From Adineta vaga (taxonomy: Eukaryota; Animalia; Rotifera): DNA of 64,000 bases. The DNA is taken from NCBI GenBank assembly GCA_021613535.1, contig CP075496.1, positions 992,001 through 1,056,000 of the forward strand, given 5' to 3'. Made by a program: the position numbers and the translations under genes. Positions 1-14,010 of this stretch are shown here, piece after piece (within the stretch, counting starts at the first letter, position 1; every line of letters starts with the position of its first letter). A model generated the notes under the pieces. That model did no database searches and had not been told where the DNA came from. It was given only the letters and a program-made list of their open reading frames with translations.

Positions 1-2851
1 GATACTGATCGTGGAGGGTGAAGTTTCATTGGGTTGTGAAGTATCTGAGGGAGATTTTTGCAATGAAACAGTTTCTTAATAAAAAAAAAGAATAGATAGA
101 ATTTTAATGGAATGAGGATTGAAATAAAACCTTTTTCTGATAGAGTTTCATCATTTTGTTCTTCATTTGTTGGTGTAAAAATATTATCTTGAATTGTTTG
201 TTGTGATAATGTTTGTGCCATTATCTGTTCGGATGGTGATTCAACATCAGATGATGATTGAGATCGAACAACTGTTGATCGACTACTACTGTTGGTTGGT
301 GATGGCAGTTGTTTTGTTGTATCAGTATGAATTGTTGTAACTGATGATGGAATAAAAACTGAAAGTGGTGTTACTATTGGTACTTGTTTATCGTCGAGAA
401 AGGTTTCAGTACAACGAATAAGTGAAGTAAGATTCATCGTTGGATCAACATTCGGTAATTCACTAATAAATAAAAGAATTATTTTATTGAAATAGAAAAG
501 ATTGTATACCTTTTCTGTTCTTTTATTTCAGGAAATTTCTCGAATAATTCATCAACTTCTGTTAAAGTTATATCAGGTAAATTTGTATCCAATGATGGTA
601 ATGGTTCTTTCTATAAAACAAAAATGATTCATTTCATATTTAAAGATACGAATAAAAACAAAAAAGAGAAATCTTACAATAAAAAATGTTGGTATCACTT
701 TAAGAGCAGGTAACAGATTGAAAAGAAAATGTGGTTCTATAAAAAAAAGAAAAGAAACAGAATTGTAATCTAAATAGAAAATAAATTCAATAAAACTTAC
801 CATACTGCTTAATAAACTGTTCTCTTTTGGAAACTTCATCATGATGAATATTTTTTGATTCACGATGAATTGTTACAGAAAACTAAAAAGAAGAAAATTT
901 TCATTCGAAGACAAAATCAACGAAAACAAACTTGATTAAAAATATTTGAATATTGTTTTCGTCGAACACATTCATGTAAAAATGAATAATAAAGATGTGG
1001 TGCTTGATTTAATTGACGTAAAAATGCCATGGTTTTTCTTGTTCGATTTAATTTATGAATATATAACGATTGTTTTGCATCATAATCAACTAAATGTCGT
1101 TGAAGAAGCATCATATTTCTAAAAGAAAATCGAAATTAAAAAATATCAAATCAATCTTTACTCATACTTAAATCTTCGATGTAATTGATCAATAATATCT
1201 TGTTTAGATTTACGAATCTTTTTCTCAATTTCAATTAATTTATTATGTCTTGTTGCAATTTCATTTAAATTTTTCGAATGAATACCAGAGAGATCTTCGA
1301 TCAATGCTAGATCTTTTTGATTTGCAACACTCGAACTGAATTTTTGTCGTTGACTAACAAGATACTAAATCGAATAGAAAAAGAAATAGGAAAAAGAAAA
1401 TTTCAAAAATTCATTTATTTACATCAGCATAATCTTTTTGTTCATGTTGTACATGTTTTGCATTAACTAATTCAGTTTGTAAAAGTGCAAATCGTTCTTC
1501 AATTCCAATCATATGTTTTAATTCATGATTAGAAATTCTCTTCGATAAATCATCGATTTCATCATTCATTGATGAAAATAATTCATTATTACACTAAACA
1601 AATCAATATTAAATATTCATTTTTATCAAATAGTTCATTTACTTCGTCAATAATATGTGTACAACTATTGATAACATCATCTATTTTCATATTTGCTAAC
1701 TAAAAACATTAAAGTTATGATTATAAATTAAAATGATCATTCGTTTTTTTTTTACCTGAGCAGTAATCCATTCAAATAAAGACATTTCTCCAATCGATTG
1801 ACTTTCATTCTCATTCGATGGGAGAAATGTTGTACTTGTTGTTGCAGTTAAACTAATTGATGATGATGAAGTTGATGTTGATACATTTGATCGATTATAT
1901 ATTCCAGTAGAATTATCAATTGAGACGGTTAATTTATTTGGAAGTTTTAATTGATGAAGAATTTCAATTGAATGAGGTAAACTAAAAGAAATATTCAAAG
2001 ATTGTTCTTTAATTCACAAAAGAAGAAAAAAAGAGACAAACCTTTGGAAAAGTTCTAAATAAGATTCTCTTTCTTCTAAATAAACTTGATAGGAACGATC
2101 AAATGAATTTCGATTGAGTAAAAAACTCCTAAATTAGTAACGAATATTTTAAATGATGAAAAAAAAATGAAATAAAAGTAACCAACGAGAGTGTATCTTC
2201 AATATTTGCAATAACTGCCATCCATCCTTGATATTGTGCTTGTTGTTCTCGAATAAATTGTTCACAATTCTGAACAATTTTCTGTGCATGACGATTATAA
2301 TCCTATTAAAGAAAGAAAAGACAAATATAAATATTCGAAATTTCACATTTTTATTTGATTACTTGTGCAATATTTGCTCGTTGAACAATTGTTTCATATG
2401 TTGGTTTCATTTTTAACCACTTATTTATCGTTAGATCATCGATTAATGGCATACTATTTGATGTTAAAGATATAGATATTGGACGTGATCTTTCTAAATG
2501 TGATTTATCCAAAAGATAAATTGGATTTTCTTCCTAAAAGAACCATAAATTTATTTCAAATGTAAATAGTTTTCATTTAAACTAACTGTTCCAGCACATG
2601 TTTCACGTGTTTTCATACAGACTTGAACAGCATCATCATCTAATAATTCTCCTCCACTTATAATTAGAATTTGTTTCGATGGTGCAATACTATATTCACG
2701 TTCAATCGTTGATTTCAATGTTTTCACGCTAAAATAGTCGAATACAAACAAAAACTATCACAAACAAAATGATCAAATCTTACTCTTGAAATGCTAAATC
2801 AGTTTCAAATGTATAAGTTTCACCAATATCGACTCGAAATACATAAAGCAT
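1..2851 (-). CDS. RB1CC1: RB1CC1/FIP200 (Atg11/17-like autophagy scaffold), 5' part, multi-exon; runs off the left edge
   Basis: ATG at 2851 gives MLYVFRVDIGETYTFETDLAFQ..VKTLKSTIEREYSIAPSKQILIISGGELL..VC..CAGT..NPIYLL, matching the FIP200 ubiquitin-like N-terminus. Downstream exons include QHQGWMAVIAN and coiled-coil segments, separated by GT-AG introns. Confidence 0.85.
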
Positions 2852-3404
2852 TCTTTGTTTTTTGTTTTTTTTTCTATTAATTATCACTATGTAAATTCAT
2901 TGAATAAAAATCAAGAAAAAAAATCTATAAAGAATATATACATATACAATCCTTGACTTTATTCTTAACAAATAGAATAGAACTGAACCAATGGATGTAT
3001 ATCTCAAGGTCAACTTCGTCCTTTTTTCACTAAAATTACGGTCAGGGAAGAAAAAACAGATGATAGATAATAGGAAAATTCATTGATGTTTATTTCATCA
3101 TTATCTTCATCATCATATGAAAGGAGAGGAAGAAGAAGGAACAATTGGATTTCTATTTGTCACCAATAGATTTCTTTGTAAGCAAAAAGAAAAAGAACGT
3201 GCGCGCCATCTGAGATGAACTTATCAAAATTACGATGTTTCACTATGTTACTCGAAACTTGTACTTAAATGAAAGAAAAACATATTCTTGCATCACTTTT
3301 TTTCTCTTTTCTTTTCTTCTAATTTATAGGTCGAAAACATCTGATCATAACGTGCGTTTTTGTTATTACGAACATGTGATGCAAAAACGCGTGATAGCAT
3401 ATAA

Positions 3405-3962
3405 GTATAACCATTTCCTATGCACTAATAAATTATTCCAGGCTCTCTCTGTTTAGTATCGTCATTCGATGTTTTTAAATATTAACAAATCATATTTGTC
3501 GGAGAATATTTTTTCATTTATTTGCAACAGTAAATGAACAAAAGAAAATATAAAGATACATGAGAATGAAGACTAATTGCTAGACTATATACTTGTAAAC
3601 ATGAAAAGAATTAAATTATTTATTTATTTATAGAAATTTCAGAAGAAACAAAATCAGAAGAATTAATGATCATTTCGTAAGACATACCAGCATGTCGAGC
3701 AGCTTTTAAAGCTTCATTTGCTAAAGAGCATGGAAAAGATAAATTTTCACGTGATAATTCAAAGGTTTATTCGGCTAAAATTAAACAAAAAAGACTATTA
3801 ATAATTCATAGTGGAGAAAAAGTGATTTATTTATGTAATTGTCTAGTGCGTTTAACACCATCAACAACTTTTAGTGAAGCGGTATCACATGCAGCACTAG
3901 CTGTATCGCTAACCTAAAACGATACACATACAATACATGAATTACAACGACAAATAGACAAG
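3405..3962 (-). pseudogene. Deletion-riddled copy of the LEA gene and its 3' flank
   Basis: Colinear matches to 5700-7075 (e.g. cataccagcatgtcgagcagcttttaaagcttcatt; aacctaaaacgatacacatacaatacatgaattacaacga), with most exons deleted. Confidence 0.85.
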
Positions 3963-4129
3963 TCATTTTTCTATCATAAATTGTTGTGATATTCGACAAT
4001 GCTAAACGATTCGCCTATCAAGTCGGAAAAATTTGTCTAACGGTCAACAGATAGAGTGCAATAAATCTGATTCTCTTGTTAACTCTGTGTATTGTTACAT
4101 TAAACAGAAGATTCGTCGGTCATTGATCG

Positions 4130-4830
4130 TCTGATATGAAAAAAAGAGACTATAAATAGGTAGTCTTCTATATTTGCTGATCATTTCAGCAACAGATGAT
4201 TTCGGTAAGAATAGCTTCTTGCTAGATCATCATGCATTATGTTCCAGCGAACAAAGTAAGCATGTTTCTCAAATATATTTCTGACTCGACAAAGTTTAGT
4301 CTTTATACTATTGAAAGAATTGTTTCATCAGATTGTTAAGTACATGAATTTACTTAATCAAAACGGACTACACAGAGTAGAAACAGACGGATTATCCACC
4401 TATAAATAGATAATGAATGAATGAGATCGAGCGTTGTTATCAAATTTCGTTCTACTAATCGCTTATCTGAAGTAAGTCAATATAAAAGTCATGTTTTCTA
4501 AATTCAGTCATGCAAAAAATAACTCTAAATATTTTTTATTAATTATCTTCTAATCCTTTGTACTCGGCCGTTCAAACAACATTCTATAGTACCAAATTCT
4601 TCTGAAAAGGAATCTTTTTGTCGAAAAGAAACTCCATATCTACTAATCTATTTCGAACAAGCTTATAGTAGTTAAATAGAGTTCTTCAACGCAATAAATC
4701 TACGTTCATGTAGATTCATTGTAAAGCTTTAAAGATAAATCAAACCTGATATGGATGTTGACGAATGTCTTCTAATTGTTTGATCTTTCAATCAAATTCT
4801 CAATTCTTGTTCAGTATATGACTAAAAAAT
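4130..4830 (-). pseudogene. Possible decayed coding remnant of unknown family
   Basis: One frame reads protein-like (LEDIRQHPYQV*FIFKALQ*IYMNVDLLR*RTLFNYYKLVRNRLVDMEFLFD) with scattered stops; the family was not recognised. Confidence 0.25.
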
Positions 4831-5399
4831 CATATTAAAAACTTTTTTTCATAGTGCGACACAAACTTCGCCGATTCGTTCATCAATGAGTAGCGATGAT
4901 GTCATGTGTTGGTCGATCGAGGTATATGTCATGGGCACAAGGAAAGAGAGCAATCGTTCTGCTCGTTCTCTGCCGTGGTGCAGCAATACATCAAAGGGAG
5001 ATTTGGTAGAAAGAAGACAAAAGATTATGCACTTGTAAATAATTATTAAAGATATTCGTATAATCTCTAATAATTAGTATGTTCATTTTAATTCTTGTTA
5101 ATTTTTACATTTCTTTATTTTAGAAGATATCCGAAAAAACGTGGACAATTCGAAACCATTTGCTTTTCACGCATCGTAAATAATTACATGTAAATTTGTA
5201 AAACTCACATCAATAATAGTAATAAATATTATCACAAATAAATAAAGAAATAAATAATCTAATATTTTATATGAATAAGTGTAAAATCGGAAATGTAATC
5301 AATATGATAAACTATCATATTCATGAACAGAAAAATCAATCAACAACATAGGATAGTGATATCTTGCTAACACGTACAATCCATTTTTTCACTTATTAG

Positions 5400-5692
5400 C
5401 GATGATTTATTAACGAAATTTGAAATTGAATTCTACTGTTTTTCGAAACTGAAGATGACATTGTCATTTTTGTTGATGTATAAACTGTTTCTAAACTATA
5501 TTGAATATAATCATCCTCTTCGTCATCGTTACTTGTTGTATCTGATGTAAGATTGGTCGTTGGAGGCGAAATTTTGTTTGGTTAGGAAATACCGGAGGAA
5601 AGTTCTTGTGTTGAAACAGTTTCTAAAAAAGAAGAAGATGCAGAAGATTGAAATCGAACCACTGTTGGTTGGTGATGGCAGTTGTTTTGTTA
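5400..5692 (-). pseudogene. Remnant of a duplicated RB1CC1 segment
   Basis: 5550-5660 aligns to 1-131, and actgttggttggtgatggcagttgttttgtt matches 288-318 exactly. Confidence 0.75.
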
Positions 5693-6041
5693 TATTTAAT
5701 CATTCTCTGTGCAAAAATAAATTATTGAAGGCTCTCACTTTTCTCTCTCTATCTCTTGTCATTGCAACGAATAACAAATTGTATTTGTTGAAGAATGTCT
5801 TTTCATTTATTTGGAACAGTAAATGAACAAAAAAAAACAGAAAGAGAGAAAATTGTTTTCTTCTATACATATCGAGCGAGATTATCAAATACAAAATAAG
5901 ACGAAAAAAAAATCATGACGTTGCTTGAATAAAATACGACTAGTTTTGAAAGAAAAATCGACATCACAAAAAAATGAGAATGAACACGAATTGCTAGACT
6001 ATATAGTTGTAAACACGAATAGAATTGAATTATTTATTTAT

Positions 6042-7200
6042 TTATAGATCAGCATTTCGTTTAGCTTTTTGTGCTTTTTCACTGGCTTCTTCAGTGGTTT
6101 CTTTAGCTTTTTTCGATGCTTGTTTTCGTGTTTCTTGAACGTATTCAGTAGCGGAATCAATGGAATCTCCAGCTAAAAGAAATTTCATAAGAAACAAAAT
6201 CAAAATAATCAATAATCATTTCGTAAGACATACCAGCATGTCGAGCAGCTTTTAAAGCTTCATTAGCTAAAGAGAATGGAAAAGATAAATTTGATTAAAC
6301 AAAATAGATAAAAACAAACCTTTATCACGTGATAATTCAACGGTTTGTTCGGCTAAAATTAAACAAAAAAAACTCATTGTTAATTCATAGAGGAGAAAAT
6401 TTTATGCATTTACGTAATTGTTTAGCACGTTTAACACCATCAGCACCATATTCGAGTGCAGCTTCGTAGGCATCAGCACCTAAAAGTAAACAATTGTAAG
6501 AGAATAAAGAACTAGATTTTATATTTACCTGATTTTTGAGCTGCTTTAAGTGCTTCATTAGCTTTATCTTTTCCAACTTCAAAAGCTTGTTCGCCTAATT
6601 TTTGACCTTGTTTCAATCCTTCTTGTGCATATTCTTGACCAGTTTTACTAGCATCATTAGCAAAGTTTTGAGCTAAAAATATAACGTTTCATATTATCAA
6701 TAAAATCAAAATTATCTTTCTTATTATTACCTGAAGCTTTAACATCATCAGCTACTTTAGCTAATTTTTCTTTTGCTAAAATATCAAATGAAAACTTATC
6801 AATCCATAACCAAATCATTCTTATATTACTCACCAACATCAGCATATTCACCGGCTACTTTACCTAAAATATAAAATATCGTCGTGAAAACAGAGAAGAA
6901 AAATGACAATCATATATTTCTTACTTCCAGTTTCATAAGCTTGTTCAGCTTTATCTTTTATGAATTCTGCACCTTCAGCAACTTTTGGTGAAGCAGCATC
7001 ATATGCAGCACTAGCTGCATCTTTAACCTAAAACGATACACATACAATACATGAATTACAACGATAAATAGACATACCTTTTCAACAACTTTATCTTTTA
7101 AATCAGCAGCAGCATTAACTGCTTGTTCAGTTGCTGATTGTTTGGCAAATGTTGCCGAAATACAGAGAACGAGACATAGAATTGATAAGAATTTGTTCAT
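6042..7200 (-). CDS. lea-1: Group 3 LEA protein with signal peptide (ArLEA1-like), multi-exon
   Basis: Signal peptide MNKFLSILCLVLCISATFA, A/K/E-rich amphipathic 11-mers (KDKAEQAYETG, AKEKLAKVADD) and C-terminus ...KAKRNADL* (possible ER-retention variant). Many short phase-1 exons. Confidence 0.85.
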
Positions 7201-7899
7201 TGTCGAATTTTGAAGTAAATAAATCTGAATGAAAGAAAAAAATATACTAGAGTGTTAGAGTAAAGCATATTTATGAAGTAAAAAATAGAGAGAAAAATGC
7301 GTCGTCTTGATCACGTGTTGCCAACTAAGTGAATAGACCGTGATGCATCAGAGGCGGTTGTTGAGTGCAACTTATATCAACTAAGTGATGCGTTGCACCA
7401 ATCGTGAATATTCTTTTATAGATGTCGCGTTTCATAATAAACGGATTTTTACTTGTATCACTTTTGTGTACGGTCAACAGATAGAATGTAATAATGAGAC
7501 TGTCTGTTGAACTCTGTGCATATAAAAAAGGAAAACTCGAAAGAACGAAGAAAAAAAAGTGATATAATCGTTCCTATTAAAAATATTCAAATAATCTCTA
7601 GTAATTAGTTTGTTAATTTTCGTTTTTGTTAATCTTTATGCATTCCTTTCTTCTAGAAAATATCGAAAAGAGAACTGAGTTCTATCCGTTTTATGATTTG
7701 CTTTCTACTCATTTCTCAATAATTAGATCATATCTAAATATCATATCGACAGTAGTAACAAATAATTTCACAAATAAACAAAAAAATATTTTATATGAAC
7801 GAGCGTAATATCTGAAACGGTACAATACGTTTTTTTGCTTTTGTTAATCGATCGTTTAATAAGAAAAGTTAATGGGTTAAGGTGCTGAAATAAAAAAAT

Positions 7900-8200
7900 T
7901 GTATAATTGATCATCTCCTCAATATTTCTTCCTATGTAAAAGGCACAGTAGAAAACGTTTCTGCTTGTACGCTAAGTCAAGATCGATGTACAAGCTGATT
8001 GCATGGTGGATTGAATAATTTTCATTCTTATTTTAATAGAAATACAGATGATTATTCACTTTTCCCCAGCTCATCACCATCCACAGAGAAGTTATTATTC
8101 AATTCTAACAATTATTTTATTCTTTGCATTCTAGTTATCATTATTGCTTGGTTTATTTTATTGAATTTTTTATTATAATTTCTGAATAATTAACCACAGT
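7900..8200. repeat. Diverged direct repeat, copy 1 (partner ~20650-20930)
   Basis: Shared blocks tttctgc..gctaagt, aatacagatg and ttatcattattgctt / ttattatcattgctt occur in the same order in both copies. Confidence 0.5.
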
Positions 8201-9460
8201 ACAATCATAGAGATATTTATATTGTATATGATCATCACAGTTCTATCAAATACTATGCTCTTATATGTATTAACGAACTAGAGACGAGAAGGAAGAGCGA
8301 CCGTCTGAATTTAGAAGAAATATCGCTTGCGTTTCCTTGGATCACAAAGAAGCCTATTCTTATACTCAGTAACTACTCATCGAATCGGATCTCATCTCAT
8401 CTCATAATAAAATTTTTGCTTAGTGGAAACAGCAAAATTGCACTCTGGCTTTTGATTATGAGCTTTCAAAGTATTTTCGTCTCATATGATTTAATCTAAA
8501 ATAGAAACAACTCATGCGTTGGATACGATTAAAAGTGGTTACTAAACACTTCAGATAATATTGTTTTACGTGAAAGATATTTTATATCGTCTGATGTTAC
8601 TAGATTTATTAGATAGTTTTCTTTCTATTCTAGAACAAATCTGTGATATTAATTCGTTTTGATTTGTATAGGTATATGTCTCGTCGTGGTAGTATCAATA
8701 ACTTTGAAATGACAATCAGTTCATTACAAGTCGAAGTTAAATATTTACAAAGTTTGAATGATAATCAGCTAACATTAATCAATAACTAAAAATGTAAATA
8801 AATGAAGACGGGAGAGCAGTAGAAATTAAATTAGAAAAGAAAGCGAGGACTGTTGCAAAGATCATATTAAAAAATTCGATTTTCATCTCGAACAGAAATA
8901 AAAGAGAGCTATTCGAGCTTTCGTGCCCTTTCAGGAACACATCATCAGGAGCTTTATTGTGAAAACAAAATGAAAATGTGATGAACATGTACAATGTGTA
9001 TAGTAAGGGTGGGTGTGGGTGTGTCGGTGGGATTCATGATTAAATATACCCCATCCACACCTACCCCAAGATTCGGAATACAGCTTCCATGAAATTACAA
9101 AAATATTATGGAACCGATCGTGTCGGCCCCGGATTTTTACATATGGGAGCTTATTTACATTTAAAGTAAATCATTTATTCAGCCAACACAAATAATATTT
9201 ATTTCGCAACTTCGTGTCGGCTATATGTTACCAAATCAATTTCCCATGCCTCAGGTTTTTATTCTTTGGTTTATTTATTCACGCTATATTAGATCTGGTG
9301 TCATTTGTTTTACAAGAATTCGGAGTTTTCTTGATCGTACAGTCACAGCATACATGGTTTCTATTTCTTTATATATAGTTGTTAAAATATCAGTTAGCAT
9401 CCAACGATGTAACTGAATAATTCTTTTGCTCGTATTTTTAGATCAACAAATATAATAATA

Positions 9461-10084
9461 CAGTAAAACTTCCCATATATGGGTACTCTTCGGACTTTTT
9501 CAAATCGCCCATTTAATGGAAGTGCCCTTGTTATAGAGGTTTTTATAAAAGGCATACATAAATCTTCTCTCCAGTTTGCGAGACAGGAACTAGTCGTACA
9601 TATTTATAATCAATGTTATTTCTCCTTCAGCTTATCAGTATTTTATTCTAGTCATCAGAGATGTTGTGCCTAACTAAGTTTATTTTTTATTTTGACCTTC
9701 TTATCAAGCGTAAGAAAGTTATGTGCGGTCATTGGTAGTTGATTTCATGTCATAATGTGCATTCACCTACCTATTAATACACTCTTATTATTGAATACAT
9801 AATAAGAGATGTATAGATGTGTACTAATTTTTCTCTCACGTCGGACGAGTTGTTCGTTTATTTTATTGACGGAACAAAAAATGATTCATATATTAAGTAT
9901 GTGCCCATGTAAGAGAGGTTCAACTAGACAAAATGGACTAAAACTAGTGCCCACTGCTCAGAAGTGGCAGGTGCCCTTGTTATAGAGGTTCATTTCCAGC
10001 AAAAACGTGTCGGTCGTTCTGCTAAGTGACCACATAGGCGAGGTGCCCTTGTTACAGAGGTGCCCACATAGAGAAGTTCTACTG
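9461..10084. mobile_element. Non-autonomous Tc1/mariner-pogo-type MITE
   Basis: TIRs cagtaaaacttcccatatatgggtac / gtgcccacatagagaagttctactg, flanked by TA at both ends; internal repeats of gtgcccttgttatagaggt. Confidence 0.8.
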
Positions 10085-10399
10085 TACTTACGAAAAGTGA
10101 TTCATATTTCTTTCAAACAAGGTTCCTAGCTGCAACATGAACGTCAGATCTTTTATTTTTGTACTCGTGAATTTTTTGTAAAATTGATTTTATTTTTCAG
10201 ATACTAGGTTAGATTTTACAAATAAATAACACTTCATTCCATTAGATAACAGATCATGAATACTCATTTAACTATATAGGCACTAAAGTTAAAAACATCC
10301 ATATTATTAACATATACTTCAGTATTATCACGCAGTCAATTCATATTCATCCCATCAATATACAATTCATAAATGAATGTTGATCGATCGGTTGTATGT

Positions 10400-10925
10400 T
10401 TATTCCCTTCTCTGAAAGAAAGGGTTATATGCTTCTTAAATAGGGTCGTTAAAATGCTTAAAGTTTGTTTGTTTGTCCAAGCCAATCAGGTGAAAGCAGC
10501 GTAAAAATCGATGAAAACTTACCCCTGGTCATCGGACAACGATTTGTCATATGTAATCGAGATCGAGGAATACGAATCTTGGATTACTTTCCCAAAAATA
10601 TTTTTCTATGAACCATAATTAATTAATTGTTATTTCTTATTTGTCTAATCCAGTCCGATTGCAGCAATATAAAAATTCATGAAAACTTACTAATAATCAT
10701 CTGTAAATGATTTACCCAAAAGTAATCGAAGTCGAGGATTTCAAATCTGATGTTAGCTTTTCATAATTCTAATCAATTATTATAATTATTGCGAAACTGA
10801 AAATAACCTGTTATTAAGCATAAAAGAAAAAATTCTGACTGTGAATTCTTTAATAAAGCTACTGGGTTCATTGAAGAAATGTTTTTTCAGTTGAAGTTGA
10901 GGGTGTGGGTCTGCAAGGGGGAAAA
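10400..10925 (+). mobile_element. Possible DINE-1/Helentron-type non-autonomous element
   Basis: 5' hairpin attcccttc..gaaagggtt, then a gtttgtttgtttgtcc microsatellite and two diverged ~170 bp internal tandem units (10495-10600, 10660-10770). The 3' end is uncertain. Confidence 0.35.
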
Positions 10926-12313
10926 AGCGGATCCTGGATACCGAAATCCTATAAAACTTTCGGACCCTCATGGCTCCCCATAAATCCTGGCATCTCAAAA
11001 AGGCTGACTCTCGTGAATCCTGAAAGATACTCTTGGGTTATCATTGGTCATCATGAACTGTGTGATCGCAGGAACTATGAGGATCCAGGATCCGTCTTTT
11101 CCCCCTTGTGTGGATGTATGTATGTGCGTACTCTGTCAAGGAACACTTACACCCACACCTTATTCCTTCTACAGAAAGGAGCATCATATGGGAAAGAAGT
11201 TTCTGTGCGCTTTTGTGTCAGTGTCAAAGGTCAAAAAACCATTTTCTTCAAGACTGTCTTAAACATCGGAAACCGAGAGTAGATTAAGGGTAGGATGATA
11301 GGTGGGGTCAATGTGAAGGATCAAGGGTTAAAAGTTAAAGGCTGCGCAAGATCAAAATATTGCTCTACCCTTCAGTACGCGCTTTCGATAGATATAATAT
11401 GAGATTACAATCAGTCGGTCGTTATTTATTCATAAAATCATTAAAAGTTTAGTAATATTGAAATAGAAACTATTGATCATTCTAGAGATGATAATTCAAT
11501 AAATGAACAGATAGGTAGAATCGAACCCGTAGCAGGTTTGAGAAAAATAAAGTACAGTAAAATTTGTCTAGTTTGAACACTATTGGAATCAATGGAAAAC
11601 GTAGGGGAATAAGGAAATCATATAACAACATCTTAGAGATACGATGGCATAGACATGAAACAGTCTCAGTTAGCTCGGTGAGAGTCAGACTCGAACTTAG
11701 TTTATACTTTCATGTGTTTTCTTTTGCTTTTGAGAATATTTGATACACCACCAATTGTTCATACAAAAAATTTATCTCGCACATCACGATAAGATGAACC
11801 GGCTTTGTTTTCTTTAATTCAATTCATTTTCTTGTTAAGATCTTTAAGGATAGATGTATTTGAAATAAAAATTGCCTTACATCGAACTAATAGAATGAAA
11901 TTATAGTTTATGAGGGTATGGAGCGTGAGCGTGAAAAGTAGAGACTATCGGTATATACCCTCAAAGATTTCCTTTTCTGATTGAACTTTTGTTGAATATC
12001 ACATGCAAAAATATCCTTTCTTAAAACGAACTCTTTTGTAAAACTCAAAAAGTACTAACGAAAAATACGTATCTTGAGTGTATACTGACACTGATAATCA
12101 TACACGTCAAACGAAACTCCACTCAATACATACATTAACGCCATCTTTCTGCATAAACGAACTATTCGCTTTTGTTAAAATCCTCAGATTTCATTCTCTT
12201 TTTCGAATAACAAAAATACAATACTATCAGTAAAGCGAATTTCTTTTCACAACAAATAAAATATATTCAATAGATTGTATTCTCAACAAACTTTCGTGGA
12301 TTTTAAAGCGAAT

Positions 12314-14010
12314 ATGTACACATTTTCAACATTACCGATTGAACTCGTCTATCGAATTTTGGATCATCTGTCTGATTTTACACTATTTTTTTCAATGCAA
12401 AATGTTTGCCAACGTTTTAATCAAATTCTGAACATTTATCATCGATATCAAGTAAGTTTGCAAAGTGCTTTACCTATTTTATCATCTGTTCAAGCACACA
12501 TGAGCCTCGCCATATATAACTTAATCAGTTTATTCAAAGAAAAACAAATTTCACAACTCCAAAGCAATTTCCACGAGTCAACCAAACACAATATTGACTC
12601 ATGCTATTAAAACAACCCTTTCTCTCAACTGTTCTTTTCTATCTATGTACATCGAATATATATCTCATTAAACGTGCACTCATGTGCCGCACAAGAATAA
12701 AACCGCAGCATTAAAACACCTTTCCCGTTTCAAAAAAATGTCTCTATTCCAACTCTTACACCATTCAACAACTATCTTTGAAACCCACCCAATAAAATAA
12801 AGTGAACTGTTTTATATTATGCCCCGACTCCATACGATCTTTCGCTCTAAAAGTAACAATCCAAAACCATTCGAAATAAACAAGTATCACTACCTTCAGT
12901 ACATTACTCACTCTACTCATCCGACGATTCCAAAATTCACTCAGTAATAATCAGACAAGCACCGATTACTATTTTCACTCCATGAACCCAGATCGAACAC
13001 TTTCACACACTACCGCCACACCTCTTGTATAATGCTATATCTAGTTGAAAAACATTACTCTAAAGTTCCGATTGCTTTACCCACATTCTCGAAAGCAAAT
13101 GTTCTATACATAGACACTCACCACAATAGATCTCGGGTGCGATGAAATCGGCGATCAAGGAGCGCAACTTATTGGTGATGCCTTGCGAATAAACACGGTA
13201 ATATTCATTCGCTCTTGTCCTAGTTGACACATCCATACTCTTTCTCTCGTCTATAGACACTCACCGCACTAGATCTCGGGTACAATGAAATCGGCCATCA
13301 AGGAGCACAACATATTGGTGATGCCTTGCGAACAAACACGGTAATACTCATTCGCTCTTGTCCTGATTGACACATCCATGCTCTCTCTCGTCTATAGACA
13401 CTCAGCACACTAAATCTACGATCCAATCAAGTCGGCCATCAAGGAGCACAACATATTGGTGATGCCTTGCGAACAAACACGGTAATACTCATTCGCTCTT
13501 GTCCTGATTGACACATCCATGCTCTCTCTCGTCTATAGACACTTAGCACACTAAATCTACGATCCAATCAAGTCGGCCATCAAGGAGCACAACATATTGG
13601 TGATGCCTTGCGAACAAACACGGTAATACTCATTCGCTCTTGTCCTGATTGACACATCCATGCTCTCTCTCGTCTATAGACACTCACCGCACTAGATCTC
13701 GGGTACAATGAAATCGGCGATCAAGGAGCGCAACTTATTGGTGATGCCTTGCGAATAAACACGGTAATATTCATTCGCTCTTGTCCTAATTGACACATCC
13801 ATGCTCTTTCTCTGGTCTATATAGACACTCAGAACATTAAATCTCGCGAACAATGAAATCGATGATCAAGGAGCAGAACATATTGGTGATGCCTTGCGAA
13901 TAAACACAGTAACATTCATTCGCTCTTGTCCTGATTGACACATCCATGCTCTCTCTCGTCTATAGACACTCACCACGCTAGATCTCGGGTACAATGAAAT
14001 CGGCGACTAA
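12314..14010 (+). CDS. F-box + RI/NLRC3-type LRR protein; one 84-bp exon per LRR
   Basis: Exon 12314-12451 encodes an F-box (FSTLPIELVYRILDHLSDFTLFFSMQNVCQRFNQIL). Phase-0 exons at 13114, 13257, 13398, 13539, 13680, 13825 and 13966 each encode TLxxLxLxxNxIGxQGAQxIGDALRxNT. The last exon stops early (TAA 14008-14010). Confidence 0.85.
13114..14010 (+). repeat. Tandem array of ~141-145 bp exon+intron units (6.3 copies)
   Basis: Near-identical introns (gtaata.tcattcgctcttgtcct..ttgacacatccat.ctct..ctcgtctatag) alternate with 84-bp exons. Confidence 0.95.

Noticed and set aside
10905-11282. 125-aa ORF in a GC-richer patch
   Set aside because: Non-ATG start, no domain recognised, and it lies among repeat fragments.
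11510-11540. tRNA B-box-like ggttcgatt on the minus strand
   Set aside because: No cloverleaf or A-box could be built around it.
13114-14010. CRISPR-like alternation of constant and variable blocks
   Set aside because: The units are GT-AG introns plus in-frame 28-aa LRR exons in a eukaryotic gene; the variable parts are homologous to each other and there are no cas genes.
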